A stretch of 64,000 nt of DNA from Vicugna vicugna. Lineage: Eukaryota. This document shows, in pieces, positions 1-12,800 of this stretch. A program made the position numbers and the translations under genes. The stretch spans positions 11,575,009 through 11,639,008 of the forward strand of contig MU058781.1 in NCBI GenBank assembly GCA_013265495.1, read 5' to 3'. The number at the start of each line of letters is the position of its first letter. The first letter of the stretch is position 1. The notes beneath the pieces were generated by a model, which had not been told where the DNA came from, made no database searches, and saw nothing but the letters and a program-made list of their open reading frames with translations.

Positions 1-567
1 GTTGCCAAAAACCAAATAATTTACAATCAGGATGCAAAGCAGTTAGGTACAGCAATGTGTAAATACCTAGATTATCAACAAAGCAGAATTATGTTCCTTT
101 TTTCGTACACCAAGAGCATGTAATCATGTCTCACTATCCTTTGCCCTGTTTGAAGGATTTGAACTATAAAAACACGAGTGAAGCAAAAAACCATTTAATC
201 CTTAGCTTACAGAACAATTTAGTGCAAAGAAAGAACAAACGTTTACGGATCCATCAACATATGGCAAATTCCCAACAGCAAAGACAAAAGAATACATCAC
301 AGGCTTATTTGTACACATGCGAAATGCCACGTCACTTGGATTCTGAGTCCAAAGGCACTGTCAGGATACTTTCGCTCTCAGATGCCCACATAACTCCTAA
401 AATCAGACAAAGCTCTCACTCAGGCCAGTAAATTAACTTCCACTCTTCGCTGTCTGTGACCCTCTGCTTGTTGATGTCCTTTGCTAATCTACCTAAAGGG
501 GAGTCAGAGGCATTTTTATAGAGCAGGAAAATGAGGAAAGTGACATTTCCCAAGACCACTTGTCTCT

Positions 568-713
568 GGGGAGGGTCATAGCTCAGTTGTAGAATGCATG
601 TTTAGCATGCATAAGGTCCTGGGTTCAATACCTAGTACCTCTATTAAAAAATAAAGAAAGAAAGAAATAAACAAACAAAGACCTGGGGAAGTACTGTTAA
701 AATACAAAACAAA
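568..713 (+). mobile_element. Camelid tRNA-derived SINE (vic-1 type)
   Basis: GGGGAGGGTCATAGCTCAGTTGTAGA...GGTTCAATACC (A/B boxes), A-rich tail, 20-bp TSD TTCCCAAGAC(C/T)AC(T/C)TGTCTC at 547-566 and 714-733. Confidence 0.9.
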
Positions 714-1154
714 TTCCCAAGACTACCTGTCTCCTTCACTCAATCACCTCACCAGTTTCAACCCTGTTCTAGTTTCAACCCTCTGATCACTCGCAGAATT
801 CACTCCATCCTCTGGGTCACATTAGAATTATTCTGAAGGGCTACTTTTTATTTTCTGGGTCAAATGTCACTAGGAAATGCTTGGCCGTCTTCGGACCCTG
901 CATTTTCAATTTTGTCTCTGGTTCACTAGTGAGAAAGTGGTTTTCATGCATTTTCTGGGGTCCTTCCCCACTGCCTCCATTCGCCCTGTCAGGTCAGCCT
1001 GGGCAAAGTTATCAACAGAGCAAATGATTCTTTGCTCTGCCTGGGAGAACTAATGCAGGTCACAGACTCTCTCTGGACAGATCTTCATGGGGCTTTAGAC
1101 TCCCTACTGATCAAATAATTTATTCATGGGGAAAAGGGAGGAAGAAAAGACAAG

Positions 1155-1580
1155 AGACTCAAGAGATATACTGTCCAGATGCAATGTGTAGGCCCTGTTT
1201 TGATCACAATGACTGATCTACTGAAAAAAGTCATTTCTGAGACACCTGGGACATTTTAACATGGACTAGATATTAGAGGATACTAAGGAAATATTGCTCA
1301 TTTGGCTAGGTAAGAAGTGGAAATCGAGATTATGCAAGAACATGTCAATACTCTTGAAATGCCCACAGAAGCGTGTAGGAGTGAAATGACATGATGTCTA
1401 GGTTTGCTAGACCTTTTGCTAAATCTTGATTTGCTAGATTTTAAATGCTTCAACAACAACAACAAAAGGGATGGAGCAAGTGTGGAAAATTCCTGACAAC
1501 TGTTGCATGTGTGATGGGTTTCCAGGAATTTATTATCCCATTTGCTTTCGTTTTGCGCATATTTGAAATCTTAATTTACT
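1155..1580 (+). mobile_element. Old L1 (L1MC/ME-like) 3' fragment
   Basis: ATGCAATGTG...TGGACTAGATATTAGAGGATACTAAGGAA motif typical of old L1M 3' ends. Confidence 0.55.
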
Positions 1581-3189
1581 GGGTGTTCAGTGGCCCAGTG
1601 CTATATAAGAAGGCGATCCCAAATAGTGTATGGGTGTCTGGGTCCTCATCCAGCATAAAGCAGGCAAGCATAGCATCAAAAGTCATTCTTAGACTTCACC
1701 CCCTTCACGAAGCACTTCAGAACACAGTGGACGTAGGAGTAGAGGAAGTAGGATGAACGCAATACATGATAATCCTTGTCTCCCCTAATCTTGCTGCAGA
1801 TAAAGATGAAGTCATAGAGAAGGGAAATTTGTCTGTTTTCTCTAGAAGGAGAAGGAGACTTGGTTTGGCCTTTTAGCTTGGTGGGTCTACCCAATCCCAC
1901 TTCAAAGCAAACAAGAAGCCTATAATTTGACCACACTGGTGGTCAAATTAACTGGTTTTAATAAGTTCCAGACCTACCTAGTTTTCCACTCCTCCAAGAC
2001 CAACATCTGTGTAAACACAGAAACCCCTAACTGGGACCATCTCTCTTGGACGTGAAACAGACCAACAGGGAGAGGAGTTGGGGGGTCAGGGAGTGTCAGG
2101 TTTTGCCTCTGTCCTCTGGCTGGTAGGAATATTCTGAGACTTTCACCGTGGACAAGGGCACAGAGGGGTCTAAGGCTGTCAGGACTTGGAGAAACAAATG
2201 CATACTTTGAACAAACTGGCAGCATGCAGCTTGGTGGCATTGGTCATACAAAAATGAAAAGATGAAATAACCTCTGTGTAGGGAAGTCAGGTGCTCAAAC
2301 CAATTGACAGAGGCCTTCTTTAGTGCCAGTGATAAAGTTAGAAGGATTCAGAATAGGCGACCCTTCGTAAATCAAAATAAACAGAATGGCGCAACTTTTG
2401 GTGACCATACAGCTGTTTGTATCTCTAGGATCACCTAGTGAGGTGATTCATAATAACATTTCATGTTGGCAGACTGCTCTTTTCCAAATGTTTCGATATC
2501 TGTCTCCTGACAGCAACCCTGTAAATCAGGTAGGACCATTACTGTGATTCCTGTCCCATTGGTCACGAAATCAACCTGTAGGCAACGGTTCCAACGAGAT
2601 TGTTGGCAGAGCTGGAACTCCAATCAGAGTTTCTACCCTCACATGTGGTCTTGCCTCTATCTGTCTCTATTTTCCTTTAGCTGAGAAGGCAGAATTCCTC
2701 TTCTAGTTTTCTTAATGTGACTTTCCATCAACTTGGAGTAGAGGGTCACCAGTACTCAGAATGCCCTGTCATCCCACAGACATCATTAATCAGTACTGAT
2801 CAGGTGCTCAGAGAGTTCAAGAACAATTGATCCTTGGCTCACTGTCACTCTCCCTGCTTTTTATCTTCTTATTCCATAACCATTTCCCACACTGAGATGC
2901 TCATGATAGGGTAATAACACAGTATCACAATAATAACAGTATTTTAGATTCAACAAAAATAAATGAGTGGTCCTTGCTATTCAGGGTAATGCCCTCTACC
3001 TTCAACTCTTGTGATTAAATCCAGAAAGTCACGTCCATGGTTAGGAACTGAGTTATTGGGTTTATTTGAAGATATTTACCACATTAAAATAAATATTTAA
3101 CCTACAGACCCGGCCTCTGTACCTTCCTGCTGATGCAACTCAGTCACCTCTAGAAAAAGCCTAATATAACGCACCATCTAATTTAGAAA

Positions 3190-3315
3190 GTCTCAAATCT
3201 GGCTGCATATTAGAATTATCTGGAGAGCTTTTTATGGGATTGTCTGAGCCTCATCCCCAGAGACCATGACTGAATTGGTCTGGGCACAGACATTTAGAAA
3301 ACATATCTTGCCAGG
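3190..3315. mobile_element. MER5-like fragment
   Basis: TCTCAAATCTGGCTGCATATTAGAATTATCTGGAGAGCTTT..CCCCAGAGA..GAATTGGTCTGGG. Confidence 0.65.
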
Positions 3316-3699
3316 GTTTACATAATCATCGATCACATCTGCCTTCCATTCTTTCAATATGGAAAAATCGAATCATGAATGTCCTTCAGTTGCGTGATTC
3401 CAACTCCGCTACAAAAAATATTTGAAAAAGGCATCGCAAGTCTTTACCAGAAACACAGGACAATGTTGTACCTCTTATTTAGTAGCAAAAAGGAATGGCT
3501 TGGGAATCTTAGGATTTAAAAGAAAAACTTTTCCACTGCTGCAATGATGCAAAAGTAACAACATATCAGAACTGGAACTCGCGGTCATCTAATCTTGTGC
3601 TTTCTGTGTGCTGACAAAAGCAAATGCCTTCCATCTCAGGGCTGCTGAGACCAAAGAATTCAGTGGCCCAGCAGTACCACTTTATCATGTATTGTCCGG

Positions 3700-3905
3700 G
3701 CAGGTGGCTTAACCTCCCCAGACCTTAATTACCTCATATATTGTAAACCTGTAACTTACACTGTACAGCAATTAGACTTCCATTCTTTGAAAAAAAAAGG
3801 GAAAAAGTACAATTGGGGTGATAAAAGAACTAGACTCATAGGTTGCTGTGAAAATCAAATAGGTTAATGAATTAAAGTGCTTAGAACAGTGAATAAGTGT
3901 TCTCT
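3700..3905 (+). mobile_element. MIR with small L1-tail insertion
   Basis: GGCAGGTGGCTTAACCTC..CTCAT | insert | TGGGGTGATAA..CATAGGTTGCTGTGA..AAAGTGCTTAGAACAGTG. Confidence 0.65.
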
Positions 3906-6021
3906 ATTCTTATCCTTACAGGGATGAGGATGTACTATGAAGTCACCTCCAGTTTAATGAGGTCTAGATGGAGACTTCCTGTGCATCTCCCAGAGAAGAA
4001 AACTTTCAAAGAAGGTTGATTTCAGGAGTTTTATAACTTACCTAGGAATGCATTTATTAGTACTGTGTGTTTTCAAGTCTCTTGAAAGTTGGATTAGCTG
4101 AGCTAGGCTTCAATTAGAGCGCCTATATAATATCTGCAGAGGGGGTAAAAAATAGTTGATCCTTCCTAAATTTAAAAAAAAAATGCAGTTGGTATTAAAT
4201 ACGGTGCGAGATCCTAGGATATTTTACCACCAAGCAGGCATTTTGAAGAGTTGATTTTCTATGGTATGATCTGTTAGCTTTTCAGCACCCTCCAGGCAAC
4301 CAGCTGCTCAGAACATTTTCTTTCCTGAAGGCTGTCATTCACATTGTGTGTTTCTCAAACCTCCTCCCAAGACTTTGGAATTGAAAGTACAGAGAACGTC
4401 GAATGTGGGTGTTGAGCACAACTGAATGGGATGAGCAGAATTTGGAATGTGAACTAGGCAATGTCTTTTAAAAATGACACATATTCACATAAGAATGTCT
4501 TTTGATCCTCAGGAGGGACAAAAATTTTCTCTGCACCAAAAATACATCATTTGGCAGGATGGGTTTATTGTTTCCAAGTCAGCAGTGTGGGTGTTCCAGC
4601 CCCAAGAGCAGATGCCCTCCAACTGTTCAGCTCGGGGTATTCAGGGTGATGAGGAATAGGGGGCAACAGCATGGACAGGTGGCTGGACACAGCCAGTCCC
4701 TGCACCCTCTACCCTCCTGCCGCCTTCCAGAGCTGGATTTCAGATCACACTGTGTGCCACAATTAATATTCTCAGCAGGGAAGGCAGTATCAAATTTACC
4801 AGTTACGTTTTTGTTAGTACTTCCAGAGTCATGGAAAATGGTTTAAGTGAGAGCATTTGTCTCAATAAATAAGAGGACACTTAAAACTTAACACATGTAT
4901 ATGCACATTACACATTTCCTGAGAGTCAGTTCAGAGACAGTGTCATGCCATCCCAGCTCTAATTAATAGAGATTGTCACAGTCAGTGACTTTGTAAGCAA
5001 CAGAGAGAAGCAGAAAGTAAGAACAAGGAAGCAGTAGGATCCAGAAACTTAAACACACGTGCACACACAGACATCCCAACTTGTGTGCTACATGGTTAGG
5101 TCATCAGTTCACAGTCACACAGTTGGTGTAGATCTCCTCTTTGGAACAATGACCTCTGCTCAGTTTCTTCTTCTCTAAAATGGGGCTCATAACATTTTAT
5201 TTTGTTAAGTTATTGTGAGGATTAAAGGACATCAAGTCTGTATAATGCCAGGCACAGAGTGTATACTCAGTAAAACGAATGCCTACCACAACCAACACCA
5301 CCACCATCATCAAGGTCAAGAATAAAAAGACAAAATGCTTCACCTAAACAATGGACTTCTTATGTTTTTATCCTCTGTTTTATTTTGCATAATCGAGTTG
5401 GTCTTGCTAAAAACTTCAAATCTCAAGTGCTGAATTCTGACACTGTAGTAAGATTACCATGAAGTTGCAACTCAACTGTCTAAGCTGGGTTCCCCTGTGA
5501 GGGTGTGTGGGGAGGAGGAGTCATCTTCAACTCCTTCTGCTGACCTTGTCAGAAGACAAAATCTGATTACAGCATGTAACTCTGTCTTAGAAAAGTTGAA
5601 TCCCACCCCCACCCCCAGCAAAAAAGAGCAACTGAAGGCCAAATATGTACATGTTTCTTTTTCCTCTTCATGAAGTTGCCTTTGCTAGCTCCTTTGGGAT
5701 CCTTTGGGTTCTCGATGTAGGGATAAGAAAATACGAGTGAAGTCAACAAGCAAAGTGTTGACTTTCGTACTTCCTTGCCATGCTTTGGTTTAATGAGCTC
5801 GATTTAACCTCCTCTGTAGCTTCCTACATAAGACTTTTTTTTTTTTTAATAATTCATTGCTGGGGGAGTTTGCCCTCCAAGAAACTGCTGTACTTGGCAT
5901 GTCTATCTTCCTGATAACAATACCTTCAACGGTAACTATGTACCCCTTTCTGTCTGGCTACGGGGAAGTTCAGAGCAAACCTTGCTGCTCAATTGTAGCA
6001 TAAATGTTAATTCTTAAAAAA

Positions 6022-6110
6022 ATTTTTTTTTTATTGAAGGGTAGTTGATTTACAATGTTAGCTTCAGGTGTACAGCAAAGCGATTCAGTTATATATATAC
6101 ATACATATAA
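6022..6110 (-). mobile_element. L1 extreme 3' end stub
   Basis: T-run then TATTGAAGGGTAGTTGATTTACAATGTT, the reverse of the L1 termini at ~10200 and ~37020. Confidence 0.75.
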
Positions 6111-9100
6111 AGTTAGAATATTGACTTTCCTCAGCTCCTCTTTTTGAAAGTTATTCTCTTTTTTAAAATTGTATATTATTGTAAACTGTCTCAAATTTTT
6201 GAAGCCATGGAGTCTAATTTTTTTTTTGGTAAACTTTAACCAAGTCTTACTCTTCTCCCAATGACAATATATGAATTCAAAGAGGCTTTAACAGCTATCT
6301 ATTGATTGACAAAAGTCACAAGAATATTTCCATCCATGTCCACTCATTGCCTCATAATTTGTTCCAGCTGCTTGTTTTTGTTTTATTTTTTGGAAGCCAC
6401 TGGACCCCAGAGGTTCCAGACAATGTGGAAACAAGTGATCATTATTGTAAATCCCCCATACATCTTGATAAAGGAGATAATCATCGTTCCCAATGAATTA
6501 TTCCCATGAAAGAAATTTTACTCAGGCTAACATAGGGCCCATGAAGATAATTTCTCTTGCACTGATTAGAACAATGGGCATTTCTGGAAAAGAGCAAATG
6601 GGAGTTAAGTCAGTGAATCAAAGCTTTTGTTCTAAAAATTGTATTCAAATCTAGTCAGTCCAAATCTGAGAACTCTATTTGTGATGCAAATCAAAGGCAA
6701 AAAATACTTCTGTTTAACAAACCAATGCAATTTTGCAAATCACACACACTGGTTACCACTTTCAGTCTTTTCTGAGAGAGTGATAGAAGTGTGAACCATG
6801 CATGGCTTAATCAGACCTGACACTGTTCATTTTTCTTCAACTGCAGGTAATTATCCTGTATAATTCTCCCATGCATACATTAAACTGCATGAATTAACAA
6901 TGATCTTGTTTTCCTACATCCAGTAATTAAGACAAAATTGATCAAGGGTTACTTTACAGGCTGGTATGGATTAGACAACAGACCTTCTAAAAGGGAAGCA
7001 ATGACTCCTTTTTTCTCTCAAGTTTGCTTTTTCTCCATTTCTTTCCCATTTTGTGGGGTTTCCAGATCCCTGAGGCATTGTGAGGGGCAGTCGTTTGCAA
7101 CGAGGAAGGGGCAGGCTCGCTACTGACATGGCGTCATTTATCAGGATGCATCGCTCACTCAGAGGAAAAGTGCCTGTTTCGCTTCCTGATGATCAGGGAC
7201 CTCTCAACACGGGCACGCTGCTTACTTAGCTGGAATAATGAACCTTTGGGCTGGATAATGTGAAAAAGCATCTCGGTGATTACAATAGAATCCTGAAGAG
7301 ACTCGTTAATCCCTAGACATCAACTAAGAATCTCAACCTGAAAACTGCATGCACTGTCTAAGTATTGAATGGCTAAGCGATCTGGCAACCACAACCCAGC
7401 TCAGTTACCTGGGAGTACTCAGGCATAGGAAAGATGCTACTAACTGGCAGTTATAGGAACTCTGAATCTGGGGACTTTGTATATTTACATCCACTGCCAC
7501 AGCCCAGACTGATACCAGATGGCCCCAATTTAAAACTATACTCTGCTCTACCAATTTTGCTGAACTTCAGTTCTCTCATCAATAAATTAGAGATGATAAT
7601 AGTAATTACCTTGGGGTTATTGTGAGAATTCAGCGAATGAATACATGTGCCTGGCCCACTGGAAATGCTATTAAGTGAAGGCTGTTATTATTAATATTAT
7701 TATATAAAACGTTTTTATTTAGATTGGGTGTTTCACTAGGGAAGAGGGGCTTTACGTCAACATGCAATATGAGACACATATAGACACATCTGTAATTCAG
7801 AATTTGGACTTACTCTTAAATATTGCAATGGCTTCAGACTTGCCTGTGCTCAGGAAGGCCTCGCCTCTGTACCTGAATTCAGGATCACATAATTTACTTA
7901 AAGGGAGAAGATGCAGGGAAAGTCATTTTGCACACAGAATCTACATGCAAGGTCTACCTGGGTCTGTTTTCCCCATTTAGATTGTAAGGGAGTGAGATTT
8001 ATTTCTTAAATGAAAACTATATATTCTCTCAATATTTTTTTTCAGTACCTCTAACCCAGTAATTGTCTATTCACATATATGAAAACATCTTGAGTTAATG
8101 TAGCCCCTTTGCCTCTTCTTGCTTTGACTGTTTCCTTCCATTCATAGGGAAAGAGCCATTTTGCAACACTCAGAGTCCCCCCAAATTACATCTGGAAAAT
8201 ATCTTAATGTGAAGAAACACACTTTGAGGATCTAAACAAAAGATAAAATAAATAACCCTTGGAAAAGAAACAGCACATGTCATTTCTATCCTATTTTAGG
8301 CCAAAGGCCATTTGACAACATTCAAAGGGCAAGCTTTTTTAGGGATGTCATGGGAGCCTGCAAAGGGAACAGTTCCTGACCTTTCTCTTCTCATTATCAG
8401 GGCAGGTTTCCACTTGCTAAGCACAGTATCAAACTGAGAGCATTAGTCAGGTAATAAGAGGAACTAGTCATGCTTCAGGCTCTCAATGAACTGAGCTTCG
8501 AATAGGCCATAATTTGGTGACTGAAGGTGATGGGCAGGCAGAGCAAATCCTCCTCCTCCCCTCCAGCTTAACACTGATTTTGCTCCAAAGGCTAGTTGAG
8601 TGGCTATTCTGGGATGGCAGACCCTGAAAGGGAGTGAGAACAGCTCAGCATGAACCCAGCCTCTTAGACAGGCCAGCAGCGTGATCTCCGACAAGTTAAA
8701 TCCTTTTGTTTTGTTTCCTCATTTGTGAAACTAGGGACATTAATGTTAGTCTTGCCTACATCCTGGAGATCTCTAGTTTAAATGGGACAATGGATGTGAT
8801 GAAAGTTGCTGAAGACTACAAAACCCCACAGAAATAGAAGGTACTATGGGTTAGACTAATGTATTATTATGCGTTATTTTCAAAGGGACCTTGAACTTGA
8901 ACTTCAGGAGCAGTAAACTTTAGGTATCAAGGAAGGAGGTACATGCCAAAAAGAAGTGGTAGAAAAGAAAAAAGAGCAATCAGTCTGCTGGGGAGGAAGG
9001 GATGGAGTTGCATTGTGTGTTAGTCCTGCTATGTTTCATTTCTTTTTCTCCATCTCCTGAGTCCCTAGTTTGAGGACACGCCCGAAAGTAAAGATTTGCA

Positions 9101-9429
9101 GCCCCTCTACCTGCGACACTGACGTTACTGGGATTCTTACTTATTCACATGGTGAATTAGCCAGTTTGAAATTCTTTCTCAGTGCTACCAATTCCACTTT
9201 CCTAAACCCTCCCCTCAGCAAACCAACCCAAATGTATGATAGTTTGCTTCTGATAGATACATTAAGAGTGAGTTTCTTAAGCCAACATTCTGTAGAAGGA
9301 AAAGGTAGGCTTTAGATTTGGTTACCCTACTACTGACATCTGTCATGCATTTACCTCACAGTGAAGAAACCGGACAGGAACAGCACAAGACTGTGGTTTT
9401 AACTGACCTCTTTTCTGCATCTGACTGTA

Positions 9430-9934
9430 TGCGCCAATCTGGTTATTTATTGCTGTGTGACAAATCATCCCAAAATGCAGTGGCCTAAAACAACAACAGT
9501 GAGTCAGGAACTGGGAAGGGCTCTGCTGGACAGTCTGGCTCAGGGTCTATCATGCAGTCAGATGGTGGCTGGATACAGAGCAGCAGGGGCTGGAGGAGCT
9601 GGGGGCTGGCCAGGCATCTCTCTCTTCTTGTGGTGGCAGGTCTGTCCACGTTGTTGGCTAGTTGGGCTTCCTTACAGCATGGCAGCCTCAGGACAGTCAG
9701 CATACATGCTGGCTGACGGCTTCAAGAGCTAGTGTTCTAGCCAATAACGGAGAAGCTGAGTTATCTTTTGTGACCTAGCCTTGGAAGTCACATTAATCGG
9801 AAGAGTCAAAATTTTAAGGGAAGGGAACATAGACATCATTTCCCAATGGAAACAGTATCAGAGTCACTTTGTAGGAAGGATCTGGAGGGTGGGAGATACT
9901 GGCGAGGCCATCTTTGGAAAATGCAGTCTGTCAT
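9430..9934 (-). mobile_element. MaLR LTR (MLT1J/H-like)
   Basis: TTGCTGTGTGACAAATCATCCCAAAA..GTGGCCTAAAACAAC and GGCCATCTTTGGAAAA..GTCTG termini. Confidence 0.7.
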
Positions 9935-9987
9935 ATAGGCTGACCGTATAAAGTTGTGTTAAGCTGTAGTATGTCAATAATTATCCC

Positions 9988-10234
9988 TGGGGGGAAAGGG
10001 GGTGGGAAGGAATAAATTGAGAGTTTGAGACTTGCAGATACTAACTAGTGTATATAAAATAGATAAACAACAAATTTCTACTATATAGCACAGGGAATTA
10101 TATTCAACATTTTGTAGTAACCTATAACAAAAAAGAATATGAAAAGGAATATATATATATGTATACACACACATGTACGACTGATACATGCTGTACACAA
10201 CATTGTAAATTGACTTTACTTCAGTTAAAAAAAA
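9988..10234 (+). mobile_element. L1 3'UTR fragment (cetartiodactyl/camelid type)
   Basis: G-rich tract, GCACAGGGAATTATATTCAA, TGTAAATTGACTTTACTTCAGTT-polyA. Confidence 0.85.
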
Positions 10235-10574
10235 ATCCCTGATACTGACACTTATGTACCCGTACCACCCTGCCAATGGTAGCTAACAGATCAGATAGTA
10301 ACTTCCAGTTTGGGAAAATGGGCAACTATTCTGATGCCTTCTCCTCTCCTCCCTCTTGTGCCTTAATGACTTAATAACACTTGTTAAACTTCCTAAAAAT
10401 CTCAAGCATCCAATTCTGTTCTGCCACATGCCTCTGTCCCTCAGAGCAGGATAGTCAAGAGCTGTGCACATACACCCATGGCTCTGCAGGCTCTCCTCTG
10501 ACCAACCTTCCCCTACACTGCCCCCGGCCCTGGACTTCCTATGGCAGCTGCACTGGACCTATGTGATTGGCACT

Positions 10575-11640
10575 TGACATCATTCCAACCCCCTGTGTTG
10601 TGCCTTCTAGTACTGAAGCCTGGAAGCTGAAAGCAACGTTTCCCAGAATCCCCTGCAGCTCGGATTCTGCACCTAATGTGGGGGGCCTCCACCAGGTGTA
10701 CCTGCCGCAAGATCTGAAGGCTGAAATGATGGAGAGGCTGTAGGTATTAGTTTCCTATGGCTGCTGTAACAAATTACTATGAGTTTAGTGGCCTAAGAGG
10801 ACACACAATTATCTTACAGTTCAGGAGGTCAGAGGTCTGTAATCTGGGCTAAAATCAAGGTGTCTGCAGAGCTCTGTTCCCTTCTGGACACTATAATACA
10901 TGTCCTTGCTTTTTCTAGCTTCTAGCTTGTACAGGCCGCCCACATTTCTTCTCTTGGGGCCTCCTGCTCCATCTTCAAAGCTAGCAACGCTGCATCTCTC
11001 TCCCCCTTCTTCCACAGTTACATGATCATAGCTGGGAACGGTTCTCTGCTTTTAAGGACCGATGAAGTTAGCCTGGGCTCACCTGGAGAACCCAAGATAA
11101 TCCCGTGATGCTTGACGTAATCGTATTTGCAAAGTCCCTTTTGCCATGTAAGGTAACATCTTCACTCACAGGTTCTGGGGATGAGGACATGAATTACCTT
11201 TGGTGGCGACACATTCTTTTGCCTACTAGGCTATACTTCTGCTTCTGCTGTTGTCACCACCGGCAACCACCTTCATGGACTATCTGGTTTTTCTATAGGG
11301 CTTCCTGGTTAGCTGTTTCCCGACTGTTGCGGTGGCAGATGCATTCTGGAGGCAGCAGCTTCCTAAATCAGCGGGTACTTCTTGATTATCCATCAGGCAG
11401 TGACTCCATCAGAACGTGGTAACTTTCAAAGCTGTTCTGGAAAGCTCTAGAGTGTGCTTCCCTGGCCTTCCTGCCAACAATTCCACAAGCCCTTTTATTT
11501 TGTATCTTTTCTGCTGAGTGGATTCTGTTGTCTGCAACGGAACCCTAGTAAGTATTCTGAGTCCTATAGCCCTGTGTGTGTCCATCCCTCTCTTTCCTAA
11601 GCTCCACTGATTGCTGAGGGTGAGGCATCCCCAAGACAAC
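10575..11640. mobile_element. ERVL-type LTR (LTR33/LTR16-like) split by MLT1
   Basis: GAAGCTGAAAGCAACGTTTCCCAGAATCCC on the left and GTGGATTCTGTTGTCTGCAAC on the right of the MLT1. Confidence 0.45.
10744..11228 (-). mobile_element. MaLR LTR (MLT1D-like) nested in older LTR
   Basis: GTATTAGTTTCCTATGGCTGCTGTAACAAATTAC...GCAAAGTCCCTTTTGCCATGTAAGGTAACA. Confidence 0.8.
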
Positions 11641-12698
11641 ACTAAATTATATTACAATTGCAGAAGATACAGATCATTTCAAAGTGGCTAAAATTCTACT
11701 AAATAATTTCATAAATGAAAAGTATGACATTGCTATTCAAGGGTTACGTGGTAGTCATCCTGGAATCTCCATTTAGGGTAGTTAACCTTGAACCTCCATC
11801 TATCAGTGGGGTCACATTAATTGGAAGGTAGACTGTCACAGTTAAGGCCAAGACCCAAGTCCCTCCAGCCCTTCATGTATAGCAAAAAGTAGGGAAATAA
11901 AATGCTATCTTGGGAATAACCTCTCGGGAGTTGCACTAGCTCCAGGAAACTGTCACTTTGGATTTATTCCTCTTATTAGAAGAAGGAAAAGCTGCGTACT
12001 CTTTGTGTTCATCTGCATTGCTTTTGTATTTTTGAGGTACCCTCCCCCTCCTGTCCTTGCCTTTCTTCCAAAAGTCCTCCTAGAAGACAAGGACATAAGA
12101 GGGCAAGCTTGAGGAGAATGGAATCATTGTTCCTTTAGTTCCTTTCTGGACACTTTGCTGGAGAAGGAAGAGGTCACTTCCAGCACTAGAGGTGAAAGCT
12201 GCAGCATTAAACCCCAAAGACAAGCAGCTTATACAAGAAAGAGTTACCAGACGTTGTTTTTTCTCTACACAAGCTGTTTTTTGGGATGATCATCGTCAGC
12301 CTGGTTTTAGCACCATCACCATTATTAATAGCCTTATTTCATAATCATGCCCATCTGACCTTTGCCAGGCATGCCGCCTCACTGTCCTGAACACTCCTAC
12401 ATTCCTATCTTAAACCTAGGTCACAGGCAGTGAGTTCATATTTGATGCCTACAATTTGCTAGGAAGCACGCGAGCTCTGAGGATCCAGGAATGAACAAAT
12501 AGACTCTCTGTGCCCCCAGGGGGCTCACAATCTCCCTAAACTTTTTAATCTGGTAAGCCTTCCCTTTTCCTTTCCATTTGTCTGTAATCTTACAATAGGC
12601 GCACAGAGGAGATCTTCACTGATGACTCACACTGTTTACCGCTACCAATCGCATCCCTCCTCTCCTGCCTCTGACCTCCCAGAGTCCTTTCTTATTTC

Positions 12699-12800
12699 TA
12701 GGGTGACCAAACCAGAACACTTGTGAGTGTAAGGGGTGCTATTAATAATTATGCTGCAACAAGAGACACACGGCAAACCAAGACATGTGTGGACAGCACT
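12699..12800. mobile_element. MER81-like hAT fragment
   Basis: TAGGGTGACCAA start and GGTGCTATTAATAATTA core. Confidence 0.5.

Noticed and set aside
568..645. tRNA-like sequence with A/B boxes
   Set aside because: It is the SINE head: A-rich tail, TSDs, several diverged copies and no intact cloverleaf.
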